IMG/VR virus record: IMGVR_UViG_3300017585_000131
Span: 6,289 to 70,288 of that record
Direction: 5' to 3' (one strand)
Length of the DNA: 64,000 bases
Source: a virus
Lineage: Duplodnaviria > Caudoviricetes
The number at the start of each line of letters is the position of its first letter. The first letter of the stretch is position 1. Shown piece after piece: positions 37,564-47,110 of this stretch. A program made the position numbers and the translations under genes. The notes below the pieces were generated by a model, which saw nothing but the letters and a program-made list of their open reading frames with translations, was not told where the DNA came from and did no database searches.

Positions 37564-37731
37564 TCAATCCTCTTCCAAAAGGTCACGGCTATGTAACTCG
37601 TCTTGGATAGCGTCAAGCTCGATTTGAATGTTGTCAAGCTGCTCTTCGTCGTCGCACTTCATTAATGCGTCTGAAAGTACGCCTTGCATTTGCTCCAGCT
37701 CGTAGCAAGTAAAGTCTTCGTATGTTGCCAT
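37564..37731 (-). CDS. 55-aa very acidic miniprotein not in the ORF track
   Basis: MATYEDFTCYELEQ..DLLEED*; 18 D/E versus 2 K/R; fits exactly between its neighbours. Confidence 0.65.
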   Translation of the reverse strand: MATYEDFTCYELEQMQGVLSDALMKCDDEEQLDNIQIELDAIQDELHSRDLLEED

Positions 37732-37737
37732 TGCGGT

Positions 37738-37941
37738 TTAGTCCTGTCCTTTGCAGGGGTCTTGGTTATTCATTTCCATGTCGCTCTCAGCCACACTTTG
37801 CGCATCAAGCATTTCACAAACGGCAGCCATAACGTCGCGGCTGTCAACTGAGTACTCTTTCGCAACTCTTTTCACGTTGGTTGCGTCAACGGGCAGCTGC
37901 ATAGCTATCGCTATTGCCGCCAGCATAATTCTGTTGTTCAT
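37738..37941 (-). CDS. Hypothetical protein
   Basis: Packed ORF. Confidence 0.6.
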   Translation of the reverse strand: MNNRIMLAAIAIAMQLPVDATNVKRVAKEYSVDSRDVMAAVCEMLDAQSVAESDMEMNNQDPCKGQD

Positions 37942-37967
37942 TTTATTGAAATTAAATGAGTTGTCGC

Positions 37968-38342
37968 TTATATGATTGTGGTCATAATGCTACGCCACTT
38001 GTTTACAGTTCGGCTCGCTTCCCATAGTCGCACCATAGTCTGATGGCGTATTGCTTGCAAGCCTTTCAGTTCGCCTTGTCTGTTTCCGTCCTGCAAATAC
38101 ACCTTAATGTCAGCGTTTATGTCCTTCAGGTCTTGGAGCAAGTCGTTTGCCTTTTCGCAGGCGTTGCTATACTGTTCGCACACCCATTGCTTGCAATACT
38201 CGCCCTTGTCAAGCGGTGAGTCGCAATAGTCTTTGTGCATCTTTTGAAAGTCCTTGCCTTCAAGACGCACCATTGTACGGTCGTAAAATTCTTGTTCAGT
38301 CATAATTATATTTCCCCCATCTTGATTGAATATTCCAGACAT
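37968..38342 (-). CDS. Hypothetical protein
   Basis: Packed ORF; start may be MTEQEF. Confidence 0.65.
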   Translation of the reverse strand: MSGIFNQDGGNIIMTEQEFYDRTMVRLEGKDFQKMHKDYCDSPLDKGEYCKQWVCEQYSNACEKANDLLQDLKDINADIKVYLQDGNRQGELKGLQAIRHQTMVRLWEASRTVNKWRSIMTTII

Positions 38343-38494
38343 TCGATACTTGCCAGCACGTTTTCACGCATTTCGACGAACTTGTTATGCAGTGCCACTG
38401 CCTTTGCGCGTTTGTCGTGCGCAAGGTCTTTTATGGCGTTGTTGATTTGCGCCAACTTTGTGCGATATTGTCGCAATATTTCTGTATTTGTCAT
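38306..38494 (-). CDS. Hypothetical coiled-coil protein
   Basis: Packed ORF. Confidence 0.6.
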   Translation of the reverse strand: MTNTEILRQYRTKLAQINNAIKDLAHDKRAKAVALHNKFVEMRENVLASIECLEYSIKMGEI

Positions 38495-38517
38495 TGCTGT
38501 GTGCTTTTAGATTAAAC

Positions 38518-39162
38518 TTATGCGTTTGCTTTGCGTATGAGAGCCTTCATGTGTACGCGCTCCCCACGCTTGAATTTATTGCGCTGTTCGACGATTACGC
38601 TTGGTTGGTACTGGTCGCATATCTCACGCTTTGCCATTCCACCCCATACACGCTCGCCCGTCTTGCGGCTTTTCGCCACCACACGGTTTGCGCTGATGTT
38701 AGACTTCTTGCGGAAACGAGTTCCCTTGCCAGCATTAAATATTTCGTCAGCTTTCATTAGACTGAGCGGCTTTGACCTGTCAGCACTCTCGTATGCGTCC
38801 AGCACTTGCTCTATCGTGCCGCTTTTCTGTGGGTGCAGGCAGATTACTTTCTTGCCCTTCACGATATAGTGCGCCTTAAAGCCGTCGCAAGCCTTTTGCG
38901 TGTCGCACACGGCTTGCCACTGGTTGTGGACTCGCCCTACCACGCAACGCTTGCGCCAAATGCTGCAATATCCTATATCGCTTATTTGGCTTCCAGTGAA
39001 ATTGCACGGGCTTACTGACATTTCACGCAAGCGCATTAGCCCTATCTCGTATGGACTGAGTGCCAAACGCTTCTCAGTTACGCTTTGCCGCTTCAGAGCA
39101 CGGCAACTCTCGCTCTCTACCCACGATGCGGGCAGGGCAGCCACCATCATTGCTAACTTCAT
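38518..39162 (-). CDS. Basic hypothetical protein
   Basis: Co-oriented ORF. Confidence 0.6.
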   Translation of the reverse strand: MKLAMMVAALPASWVESESCRALKRQSVTEKRLALSPYEIGLMRLREMSVSPCNFTGSQISDIGYCSIWRKRCVVGRVHNQWQAVCDTQKACDGFKAHYIVKGKKVICLHPQKSGTIEQVLDAYESADRSKPLSLMKADEIFNAGKGTRFRKKSNISANRVVAKSRKTGERVWGGMAKREICDQYQPSVIVEQRNKFKRGERVHMKALIRKANA

Positions 39163-39164
39163 GG

Positions 39165-39287
39165 CTATTGCATTTTATAGTTATTCAACGCCCACTTTAA
39201 GCCGTCAATGGCTGCAACATCTACGTGCGTCTTTACACGTTTCGTCTGTAAGTTGGCTATCGCCAACAAGATTGTCTGTCTTCTCAT
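39165..39287 (-). CDS. 40-aa hypothetical peptide not in the ORF track
   Basis: MRRQTILLAIANLQ..NYKMQ*; fills the gap in the operon. Confidence 0.4.
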   Translation of the reverse strand: MRRQTILLAIANLQTKRVKTHVDVAAIDGLKWALNNYKMQ

Positions 39288-39316
39288 AATTCTTGCTTTT
39301 TTAGTTCTTACTGTGT

Positions 39317-39363
39317 GGCGTGGAGCCGACTCGCACGACTCTAATGCTACCTAATTTCACGCC
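39317..39363 (-). ncRNA. Candidate mini tRNA-like structured RNA element
   Basis: GGCGTG/CACGCC closing stem and an inner GAGTCG-TGCGAGT-CGGCTC arm with a T-loop-like loop; the G-U pair works only on the minus strand. Confidence 0.35.
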
Positions 39364-39381
39364 TACCGTTTTGGTGTGTGG

Positions 39382-40011
39382 TTAGAATACCACGCTTGTT
39401 TTGGCTACTTCTACCACTTTGCGCACTACTTCGCCCGTCTCTTCGTTTTTCTGAAGGCGCACGATGTAAACGTGTTCGATAGCTTCCCACTTCAGGTCGC
39501 TTTCCACGAGCTTGTCATTCTCTTTCTCAAAGTTCCTTGTCTGCTTCAAGCCGCGTAGTATCGTGCTTACAGACCACTTGTTCTGGGCTATCTCACTGAG
39601 CATATAGCGGCTTATAGGCTTACCGTCCACTTTCTCAGCCTCTTCTTTCGTGAAGACACGGTATGCCACGCCTTTAGGGTCGTTTGGGTCGTCCACGAGT
39701 ATCTTTGCAGGCACATTGCGGAACACATAGCACGACTTGTCCTGCTTCATTCCGTCGTGCCAGCCGTTCATGAGCGATGCAGGCGTGTAATTGCCCTTTT
39801 TGCCCGACTTGTTCACGAAGCGATGCACACCGTGCGCGTCCATCCACGCCTCAACCGTGAGTCCGTCGCAGTCAGGCAGCACTTTCCCGTATATGCCTAT
39901 GAACTGCTTTAACACTTGCGACTGGGTGCTTGTAAGGCCCAATATACCCCTTGCACCTTTGTTCTCTTGCTTCTTGCTAATTGTTACTTGTGTAGTCATA
40001 ACTTTCTGCAC
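39382..40011 (-). CDS. Basic hypothetical protein, first gene of the long leftward unit
   Basis: Co-oriented ORF following the non-coding region. Confidence 0.7.
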   Translation of the reverse strand: MQKVMTTQVTISKKQENKGARGILGLTSTQSQVLKQFIGIYGKVLPDCDGLTVEAWMDAHGVHRFVNKSGKKGNYTPASLMNGWHDGMKQDKSCYVFRNVPAKILVDDPNDPKGVAYRVFTKEEAEKVDGKPISRYMLSEIAQNKWSVSTILRGLKQTRNFEKENDKLVESDLKWEAIEHVYIVRLQKNEETGEVVRKVVEVAKTSVVF

Positions 40012-40881
40012 TTTATTCGTGTCGTGCGCAACTTCTAAGTTAAACGTAAATCGTAGTCGCGGCGGCAGTCAGTGCCTACTACACACCGCACCGCAAACGG
40101 GTACTTAGTGTGCAACCGCGACTTTCCATATAGAGAGTTTTAAAGTTTCTCATTCCGTGCAACCTAACATTCACTTTGTACTCGTAACGTGGGCACTATA
40201 ACGCCCCTATCAAGGGCTGTACTACGCTTCGCTTGCAATGCCTTTTGCGTACTTGCGCATTTACATTTTCGCCCAATTATAGTGCTTGATTGCTTTGGCA
40301 GTCGGGTACCGACATAAAACGTCCCCTATGAGCGCAAGATATTTGCGAAGTGATACAGTACACCCATGCAAGCGTTGCCAACCGCCTGACTACACGCCCC
40401 CGCAGTGTGCGCGCCGGTTATTTTCCTATTTTACACAATTTGCAAGACATAATCTTTGCCGTTGTGAGTGTACATAGTACACCGATATTTCAACGTTTAG
40501 TCTGTGTGTTTTCAGAAGCGAAGCAGTATGTAAAAGAACGAGTGAATATCTGAGTGAGCTTTGCAGTTCGTTTCTCAAATTTTCTGACCCAATGATAGGT
40601 AGGTCTAAGGCTTTTACAAAATGTTTTTCAAAAAAATATTTTCAGATAGTCAAAAGCAGGAACTTTCTATATATAATGTACACATAGAGTTAAAGTGCTG
40701 GTTTACAAGTTGTTATGAAAACGAAAAATTTTTGAGAAAAAGCATAAATTTCTGCAAAAAGAGTCGGTTTTATGTTTAGTGTTTGGATAGGGGTAAAAGG
40801 AGCAAAAATAGCATATAAAAAAGTGTTAAAAAGTGGAGTTATACATATATATAAAAAGGCTGTTTGTAAAGTTTTTTCATT

Positions 40882-41064
40882 GTTTCACTTTTTTCAGAAA
40901 GTGAAACTAAACTGATTTTCAAACATTTATAATTAAACTATCAATGCCATTAACATATATTAACACTTCATAGAATAAATCTTTACAAAAAAGTTTGTTT
41001 CACTAATGTAGAAAGTGAAACAAAAATAAGCCACAAAAAGCCGTAACTAACTGAATATCAATAA
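40882..41064. repeat. Two GTTTCACT..AGTGAAAC palindromes plus a TAACTGAATATCAAT box (site A)
   Basis: Palindromes at 40882-40907 (10-bp arms, 6-bp spacer) and 40994-41024. Confidence 0.8.
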
Positions 41065-42361
41065 AAACGGTGGGGTGGGTAGCCTTCTTCTACTTCAAGA
41101 CAGGTATAAACTTTTCCCAATTTTCAAATCTGAATTTTGACCACACCAGTTCCCATAAAATCCGCCTTCACCCCCTCGCCCACACCTCAGCAGTCTGCCT
41201 AAAATTTTCATATCAAATTCTCCTTTCTGGAACAAAATTCCATCTGATTTTGTCAAATTCTCGCCCACACAGCCACTCCACCCACTCTTGTCTGCTCCAA
41301 AATCTCACTTAACACACTCTGAAAACCACCCTCTCACACTCTCGAAACCCCAAGAAACCAAAATTAAGCCCTCTGAGCGCATTTCTTCGACCAAGCCGAT
41401 AAGTTGTCCACCCAAGCAGAGAAAATGCGTCAGAACGCACGAAAAGTGGCAAATTGGCGTATTTATCTTTTTCTTTCCCCTGCACAAAAACACAAAGTAG
41501 CCTAACCCCTAATTTTTCCCGACCGATTTTTCAAATCCAATTTTCCTGCAAATTTATCTTCTCAACCTGCTTGCAATACGCCCACCTCACACATCAACCC
41601 CACCGCCACTCACACACCCGAAAATATTTTTGAGACATAAATCGCCCTTAATTATTTTGCCAAATTTTTCCCAACCCTAATTTCAAACCCAATTCCTGAG
41701 ATAGCACTACAATATTTTGAAGCGTCGCAGACAGGGCGACAGCCACCACACAAAAACCACTTGCCAACATAAACTGAAAGCCACGCTCCAAATGCCCACT
41801 GGAAAGGATAGGGGTGAGAACGCATTGAAGGGGAGGGCGTATAAGATAGGAAAGAAAAAGAAAGTAAGGGTCAGAAAAGAGAAGTTATAGAAGAGAAAAG
41901 AGGGGAAAGAAATGAAAAAGAAAGGTCGCCCCGCTTTTCTACTTTTTCTTTAACCTAAAAGACAAAAGCCTTAAAGCCTAAAATACCCTTAAACTGCCGA
42001 GATGTTTATTTTATAAAGCTGGGAATGGAACTAAGCCTTTTAAGGTTTATTCCTGAAGTATTCCCTATCCCTTACTAAGCAGTGTCTCAGCCTACCGCTC
42101 TTCCAGAGGGGAATGGAACCTGAAGTATGGGGGTCTCGCCCTCGCGTGTGCGCAGAGCGGAGCAGTTTACCTTTTCCGAGCCTTTAGGCGAGGGAAAGTG
42201 AACTGCGAAGCGACCTCTTTTTCTTTCTCTCTTTTCTTTTATTTATTTTCTTTTCTTTATTTCTTTAAGAGAGGGCTGCAAGGGGGAGATTATTTCTTTT
42301 TTCTTTTCGTTTTTTCTTTTCTTTGCTCTTTCTTTTTCTGAACCACCATCAACCCAAAACA

Positions 42362-42394
42362 TAAAAATGCGCCGAGTTTCACAACCCGACGCAT
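42362..42394 (-). terminator. Intrinsic terminator
   Basis: ATGCGTCGGGTT-GTGA-AACTCGGCGCAT followed by a T-run on the minus strand. Confidence 0.75.
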
Positions 42395-42450
42395 CAGCCA
42401 AATTTGAAAAGAAAATTTCTTAGTACGTTATCTTATAATAGTTTCGTTGG

Positions 42451-42744
42451 CTATTCAGTCATTACTTGCTTCTTGTAAACGAGCGCAACCTGAAGTTCCG
42501 CATTGCAACCTTTGGACTGTTCCCAGCCCTTGCAAAGATATATCGCGTCACAGTCAAGTAGCTTCTCGATGCACATGCCCATAGACTGATTGTATGGAGT
42601 GGTTACTGACTTTACCACATCGAATGGTGTTACAGGTTCCCAGCCACGCTGCGCCAGATTGGTGGCAACCACGAAAGCGTGATTGCGCTGATCGTTGTAA
42701 TCCTCTCCTGTGATAGGAATAGAAACGTATATTCTCTTGTTCAT
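42451..42744 (-). CDS. DUF4406 family protein
   Basis: KRIYVSIPITG..PVTPFD..LLDCDAIYLCKGWEQSKGCNAE. Confidence 0.85.
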   Translation of the reverse strand: MNKRIYVSIPITGEDYNDQRNHAFVVATNLAQRGWEPVTPFDVVKSVTTPYNQSMGMCIEKLLDCDAIYLCKGWEQSKGCNAELQVALVYKKQVMTE

Positions 42745-42799
42745 GTTTGTTGTTTGTTTTTTGGTTCACTATGCTTTCATCAGGATTATTTTCGTTATA

Positions 42800-43060
42800 T
42801 TATTCTTCAGTTTCACTAACCAACAGCCACGAGAACCGCCAGTTGACATGGGCGAGCAGCCTTTTTACGATTTCATCGATATTGAAAGAGACTGCATTGA
42901 AATTGCTTATCTTTATGAAGCGATGCACCATTAAGTTTGTCTCGGTGTTGATACCTGCCGCATGAAGTATTATGTCAGAGCCTTGTTCTGGATATTGCTC
43001 AAAGGTTCTCCACCTCAAGGACTCCAGTCTTCCGTTCTTTGTTACTTTCATATCAATCAA
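42800..43060 (-). CDS. Hypothetical protein
   Basis: Packed ORF. Confidence 0.65.
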   Translation of the reverse strand: MIDMKVTKNGRLESLRWRTFEQYPEQGSDIILHAAGINTETNLMVHRFIKISNFNAVSFNIDEIVKRLLAHVNWRFSWLLVSETEE

Positions 43061-43358
43061 ACTTAAATTTATGGTCTGGTACTGTCAGCCCTTGCTGTTG
43101 TTGCCACCCTTTCTCTTTTTTGAGTTTCTGGAATTTTTCTATCAGGTCAACCATCACCTCGTCAGTAACGTGACCCAGATGAAAATAAACACACCCGTCG
43201 ATGTTCCTGCAATCCTTTACTGTTTTCGCCGGACACCTCATAATCATTTTGCCATTCTCTTTTGAAGGCACAAACTGGTAGTCCGACAACTTAGAGTCCA
43301 AAGCCACCACGGTAATGCCCTTGAACTCTTGGTATTCAAAATGAATAGGTCTGCTCAT
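43053..43358 (-). CDS. Hypothetical protein
   Basis: Packed ORF. Confidence 0.7.
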   Translation of the reverse strand: MSRPIHFEYQEFKGITVVALDSKLSDYQFVPSKENGKMIMRCPAKTVKDCRNIDGCVYFHLGHVTDEVMVDLIEKFQKLKKEKGWQQQQGLTVPDHKFKFD

Positions 43359-43391
43359 TTTTGCTTGAATTAAAAACAGACATTGCTGTCA

Positions 43392-43640
43392 TCAAATAAG
43401 GAATTGGTCGATAATGAACCATGCACAGCCAGATAGCAAACCACCAATGACAGTGCAAATCCAATCAATCCAATCCCATTTTTCGCCATATAGTTTATCT
43501 TTCAGTTCCAGACAAGAAGCGGCCACACAACTGCCATATATAGCTCCATATACTGAAAGTCCACATAAGCCAACTATAATGCCACCCAAGAGGTGCTTCC
43601 AGCGGTTGCTTTTAGCAAGCCAATCAAAAAGTCTCTTCAT
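43392..43640 (-). CDS. Small membrane protein
   Basis: KHLLGG..ELKD..WDWIDWICTVIGG motif. Confidence 0.7.
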   Translation of the reverse strand: MKRLFDWLAKSNRWKHLLGGIIVGLCGLSVYGAIYGSCVAASCLELKDKLYGEKWDWIDWICTVIGGLLSGCAWFIIDQFLI

Positions 43641-43652
43641 AATGCGCCTTGC

Positions 43653-44234
43653 TTAATTGTATTCCTCTTCTTCGGCGGGGTCGTGGTCTGTCGGTAGGAT
43701 ATTATTGTCAAACGCCATGTTCACATCTTGCTTAGTGAGATTGCTAATCTCTATTTTCTTCGATGCGTTGCGTATTCGACAATAAATTCCAGGATCTTCG
43801 CCCTCAACAAGGTCATTCAAGTGTTGAATGGTCTTATAGTTCAATATGCGAGTGCGTCCATTACCACGCCTTCCATTGTTACGCTCCAAAAGCAGCCCTC
43901 TTCTACGAAGTTCATAGAGACTCGCGCTGATTGACGGCGTGGATATTTTCAGACGAATAGACAACTCCTTTACAGTCAAGGAACATTCCCCATTGGCAAT
44001 GGACTCTTCCAGTATCGTTGCTACGAGCATTAACTCATAATGCCTTAAAAAATATATTAAGACTCTGGGGATAGGCAGAACCATACCGTTGAATACCTCT
44101 TGTTGTTTCACTTCAGCCACAACCTTGTATTCAACCGTAGGCAGTGTTATCCCCTGTTGCATTTGGAGCGGGTCTATTTTAACCTGAAATGGAGCGAGAG
44201 ATGGCAGTTTTGCCTTGTTTGGTACTTTTCTCAT
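43653..44234 (-). CDS. Winged-HTH DNA-binding protein
   Basis: LTVKELSIRLKISTPSISASLYELRRRGLL. Confidence 0.7.
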   Translation of the reverse strand: MRKVPNKAKLPSLAPFQVKIDPLQMQQGITLPTVEYKVVAEVKQQEVFNGMVLPIPRVLIYFLRHYELMLVATILEESIANGECSLTVKELSIRLKISTPSISASLYELRRRGLLLERNNGRRGNGRTRILNYKTIQHLNDLVEGEDPGIYCRIRNASKKIEISNLTKQDVNMAFDNNILPTDHDPAEEEEYN

Positions 44235-44293
44235 GTTATGAAAATTGTCATAACACTGCTTTCATCACGTCGGCAAAGCCTCAAAAATTGGTG

Positions 44294-44393
44294 CAAAGAT
44301 AATCAAAATATTAAGATTTGCCAAAATTTGCATTGATTATTTACTGTATTTTTAATTTTTAATCCGAAATTACGCCGAAAAACAGTAAATTTG
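44294..44393. promoter_or_regulatory. Divergent Bacteroidetes -7 elements (TATCTTTG minus at 44294-44301; TAAATTTG plus at 44386-44393)
   Basis: Consensus matches upstream of two divergent genes. Confidence 0.65.
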
Positions 44394-44417
44394 CGGTCAA
44401 AAAGCAGGCGTTACAAA

Positions 44418-45275
44418 ATGAAAACTTTAGAACAGGTTATCCGATATACGCGAAAATGTCGTTTTGACGATGCAGAAGAATGGGCGCAAGTCTTATCTTT
44501 TTGCAGGCAACATGACATACCCGGCGGTCATATACACAAAGCGTTGAGACCTATAACACAATCCACCTATCAGCAATTCGTAAACTGGTACGAAAATGGG
44601 TATGGCATAGGCGATATTGTGAACTATGGCAGGACGATAGGGATGATATGCGATATGCTGCCTAACACCACTTCACTGATTGCCTATTTGGATTATGATG
44701 GAAAGCTAATATCGCAATCTCTGGAAATACAACCAGAACGAATACAGCCAACAAATGAAGAACAAAAAGCAAAGTTCCAGAAAGCATTATTTGAGGCAGG
44801 TTTGACTATTGATGTGAAGAAGGCTACGTTGACAAAACTGTACACCCCGGAAAAATATTTTTATGTCAGCTTTGAAGATGAAAAGGGGCTGACTAATGTC
44901 GGAATGTTCTTAGACTCAGACGGTTTCACATATCATTTTGCCGCTTTATGGAATGGAAAGAAAATTTTAATGGATTGTAGTGTACAATATAAGTATATCC
45001 TTTTGCGTCAGTCCACAAATAGCGAAATCAACCTTTTGCATAAGAAAACGTCAAAAGCTGGTTGGTGTTATAATGGAAGGACCAATCAGTTCATTAAAAG
45101 ATCTGCGCGTGGTGAAAATAACTCTTATTGGTATATGACCGATAGATTTTGCATTACGGCTGATAAGGATAACGGCGACGCAAAGCACCGTGAACGCTTT
45201 AATGTCGGCAACTATTTCTTGGACTATACCGAAGCCATTACATTTATGCAAGAGGTAAAGAAAATGAGAGGCTGA
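44418..45275 (+). CDS. Hypothetical protein
   Basis: Long ORF with its own promoter; likely start MKTLEQ. Confidence 0.75.
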   Translation: MKTLEQVIRYTRKCRFDDAEEWAQVLSFCRQHDIPGGHIHKALRPITQSTYQQFVNWYENGYGIGDIVNYGRTIGMICDMLPNTTSLIAYLDYDGKLISQSLEIQPERIQPTNEEQKAKFQKALFEAGLTIDVKKATLTKLYTPEKYFYVSFEDEKGLTNVGMFLDSDGFTYHFAALWNGKKILMDCSVQYKYILLRQSTNSEINLLHKKTSKAGWCYNGRTNQFIKRSARGENNSYWYMTDRFCITADKDNGDAKHRERFNVGNYFLDYTEAITFMQEVKKMRG

Positions 45276-45314
45276 TAGCTCCTATATTAAATTACGGAAC
45301 TATCAGCGCGTTTG

Positions 45315-46169
45315 CTATTTGAAATCAATTGGCTTAAAGCTCTTTTTCAAAGCGTTCTCGTACCAATAATCCTCCGCTTCTTGGGGTGTTATTTCAGACG
45401 CATACGACCGTTGGTTGTGCGATTCATTCCATTCTTGAACCTTTGCAACGCTGAATGGAAACATCCCCTCTGGTCTATCCGTGAAAGCCGACCTCTTATT
45501 ATAGCAAGATTTTATGTCTTTGTCTGTTACATAGAGATAATCTTTATATGCCTGTTTAAACTGAAGAAGATTATAATTCTGATATTTGTTATAGAACAAA
45601 GCCCAAAGATAAACAATCATCTCCATATCTGTTAGTTTATCCCACCCATCGTTTGCGTCGTCTTCAGCAAGCATAATTATTTGTCGTGCGTAGATTCGAT
45701 TGGCTTTTGCCTCTTCGCAAGACACCTCGTATGGCTTTAATGCCTCTGGAGTTGGCGGCACGAGATTTATGACACCTTCAGGTTCTATGGTATATTCCCC
45801 ATCATCGTTCAAAGGGAAATTGAATATCTGATGCAGGCGAGTCTGGTCAAACGCATTGACTTTGCGAATGGCATACGAGCGATTCCATATCTTTATTCTC
45901 TTATAATTTAGTGTCGCGTCATTAAAGTCTTCCTGAATGTCAAGCGCAAGCCGGTCAATCAATTTCTTGGGGGCGGTTAATCCCCAAATGTCATTGCGAG
46001 AATCTTCTTTTCTGAGTTCTTCATCATAATCCACTGGAGCTATCGTATCGCAAAGACACGATAGTGCATAAGCGGCATGAAGCCTATATGGTTGGTCTGA
46101 CACTTCCCACGGCTCATACATCAGCGTTTTCAGTTCTGATGGCGTGTATGGCTGATAGTTATCTTTCAT
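45315..46169 (-). CDS. Hypothetical protein
   Basis: Long ORF. Confidence 0.75.
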   Translation of the reverse strand: MKDNYQPYTPSELKTLMYEPWEVSDQPYRLHAAYALSCLCDTIAPVDYDEELRKEDSRNDIWGLTAPKKLIDRLALDIQEDFNDATLNYKRIKIWNRSYAIRKVNAFDQTRLHQIFNFPLNDDGEYTIEPEGVINLVPPTPEALKPYEVSCEEAKANRIYARQIIMLAEDDANDGWDKLTDMEMIVYLWALFYNKYQNYNLLQFKQAYKDYLYVTDKDIKSCYNKRSAFTDRPEGMFPFSVAKVQEWNESHNQRSYASEITPQEAEDYWYENALKKSFKPIDFK

Positions 46170-46497
46170 TGTTGTTGTCCTCCTTAATTATTTCAGCTTC
46201 TTCAACGTTGTCACTTTCAGGTATCATGCTGACAACAGTTTCAGCAAGATTTGCTGCATACGGTGATGGATTGTTCAGGATATTCATTACATTTAACCTG
46301 ATGATACGATACATCTCACGGGCGATAGGGCTGTTTGGTTGGTGCATACAGGCAAAAATAGCTTGGGCTATGTTTTCGCCATTGCCATGCAGTACAGAGC
46401 CGCATTGCCCGTCTTTGTGTGCGATGATGAGAATGTCCGCATCTTCGCCATAGATTTTCATTGCTTGTTCGAGAGCTTTGTTAGTCTTCTTTTCCAT
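46159..46497 (-). CDS. Hypothetical protein
   Basis: Packed ORF. Confidence 0.7.
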   Translation of the reverse strand: MEKKTNKALEQAMKIYGEDADILIIAHKDGQCGSVLHGNGENIAQAIFACMHQPNSPIAREMYRIIRLNVMNILNNPSPYAANLAETVVSMIPESDNVEEAEIIKEDNNNER

Positions 46498-47110
46498 TTA
46501 CAAGAATTTTTAAAGTTTTGACATTGCTATCATCAGTCAGTATTTCTTTCGGGTCAAGACGAAAGCCGCAATGCTCATCGCCAACCCTCCATTTTTTCGG
46601 TATTTTATTGTATGGTTCATATTTATCTTCAAGTGACAAGTCATATCTGAAGCAATTGTAACGATCCATGCAAGCACGGGCTTTACACCATTTGCTGTTT
46701 CGTCTCAGCTGATTATACGCTTTCTTTGTGATTTCATAGACCGATGTCTTAAATTGATTTCTGAAGCGTTCTGGAATAGTGCCAATAACCCAGATGTCAT
46801 TTGACATAATAAGTTGTGCCCCTTGCTTTACGAACCAACGCTTTTTGCCTTTCCCTCCCAATATTATAGATTTGTCTTTACTATCGGCTACGAAAGGGTT
46901 AATGACAATACATTGGTTACTTAGAACCTCCATGTTTTTAGGAGGGTACTCAATCAGGTTTTGCCAATACGCACAATCATAGCAAATTCCTTTTTGTTCC
47001 ATGATATGCGCGAAGCGGTTTTGTTCGTTATACCCCTGAAACAGAATACGCGCCCCACAACAGGAACAGAAGCGCACTCCGTTCAAGAGCTTGCATTTCA
47101 TCGCCCTCAT
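46481..47110 (-). CDS. Cys-rich hypothetical protein
   Basis: CSCC, CYDC and CKARAC..C motifs. Confidence 0.7.
   Translation of the reverse strand: MRAMKCKLLNGVRFCSCCGARILFQGYNEQNRFAHIMEQKGICYDCAYWQNLIEYPPKNMEVLSNQCIVINPFVADSKDKSIILGGKGKKRWFVKQGAQLIMSNDIWVIGTIPERFRNQFKTSVYEITKKAYNQLRRNSKWCKARACMDRYNCFRYDLSLEDKYEPYNKIPKKWRVGDEHCGFRLDPKEILTDDSNVKTLKILVNGKED

Larger units (their letters stand above)
40012..42450. other. 2.4-kb non-coding control region with strong local strand skews
   Basis: No convincing ORF; C/A-rich, purine-rich and pyrimidine-rich tracts, inverted repeats and hairpins. Confidence 0.8.

Noticed and set aside
40286-41500. Short ORFs in the control region
   Set aside because: Low complexity, no ribosome-binding context or motifs; treated as chance ORFs.
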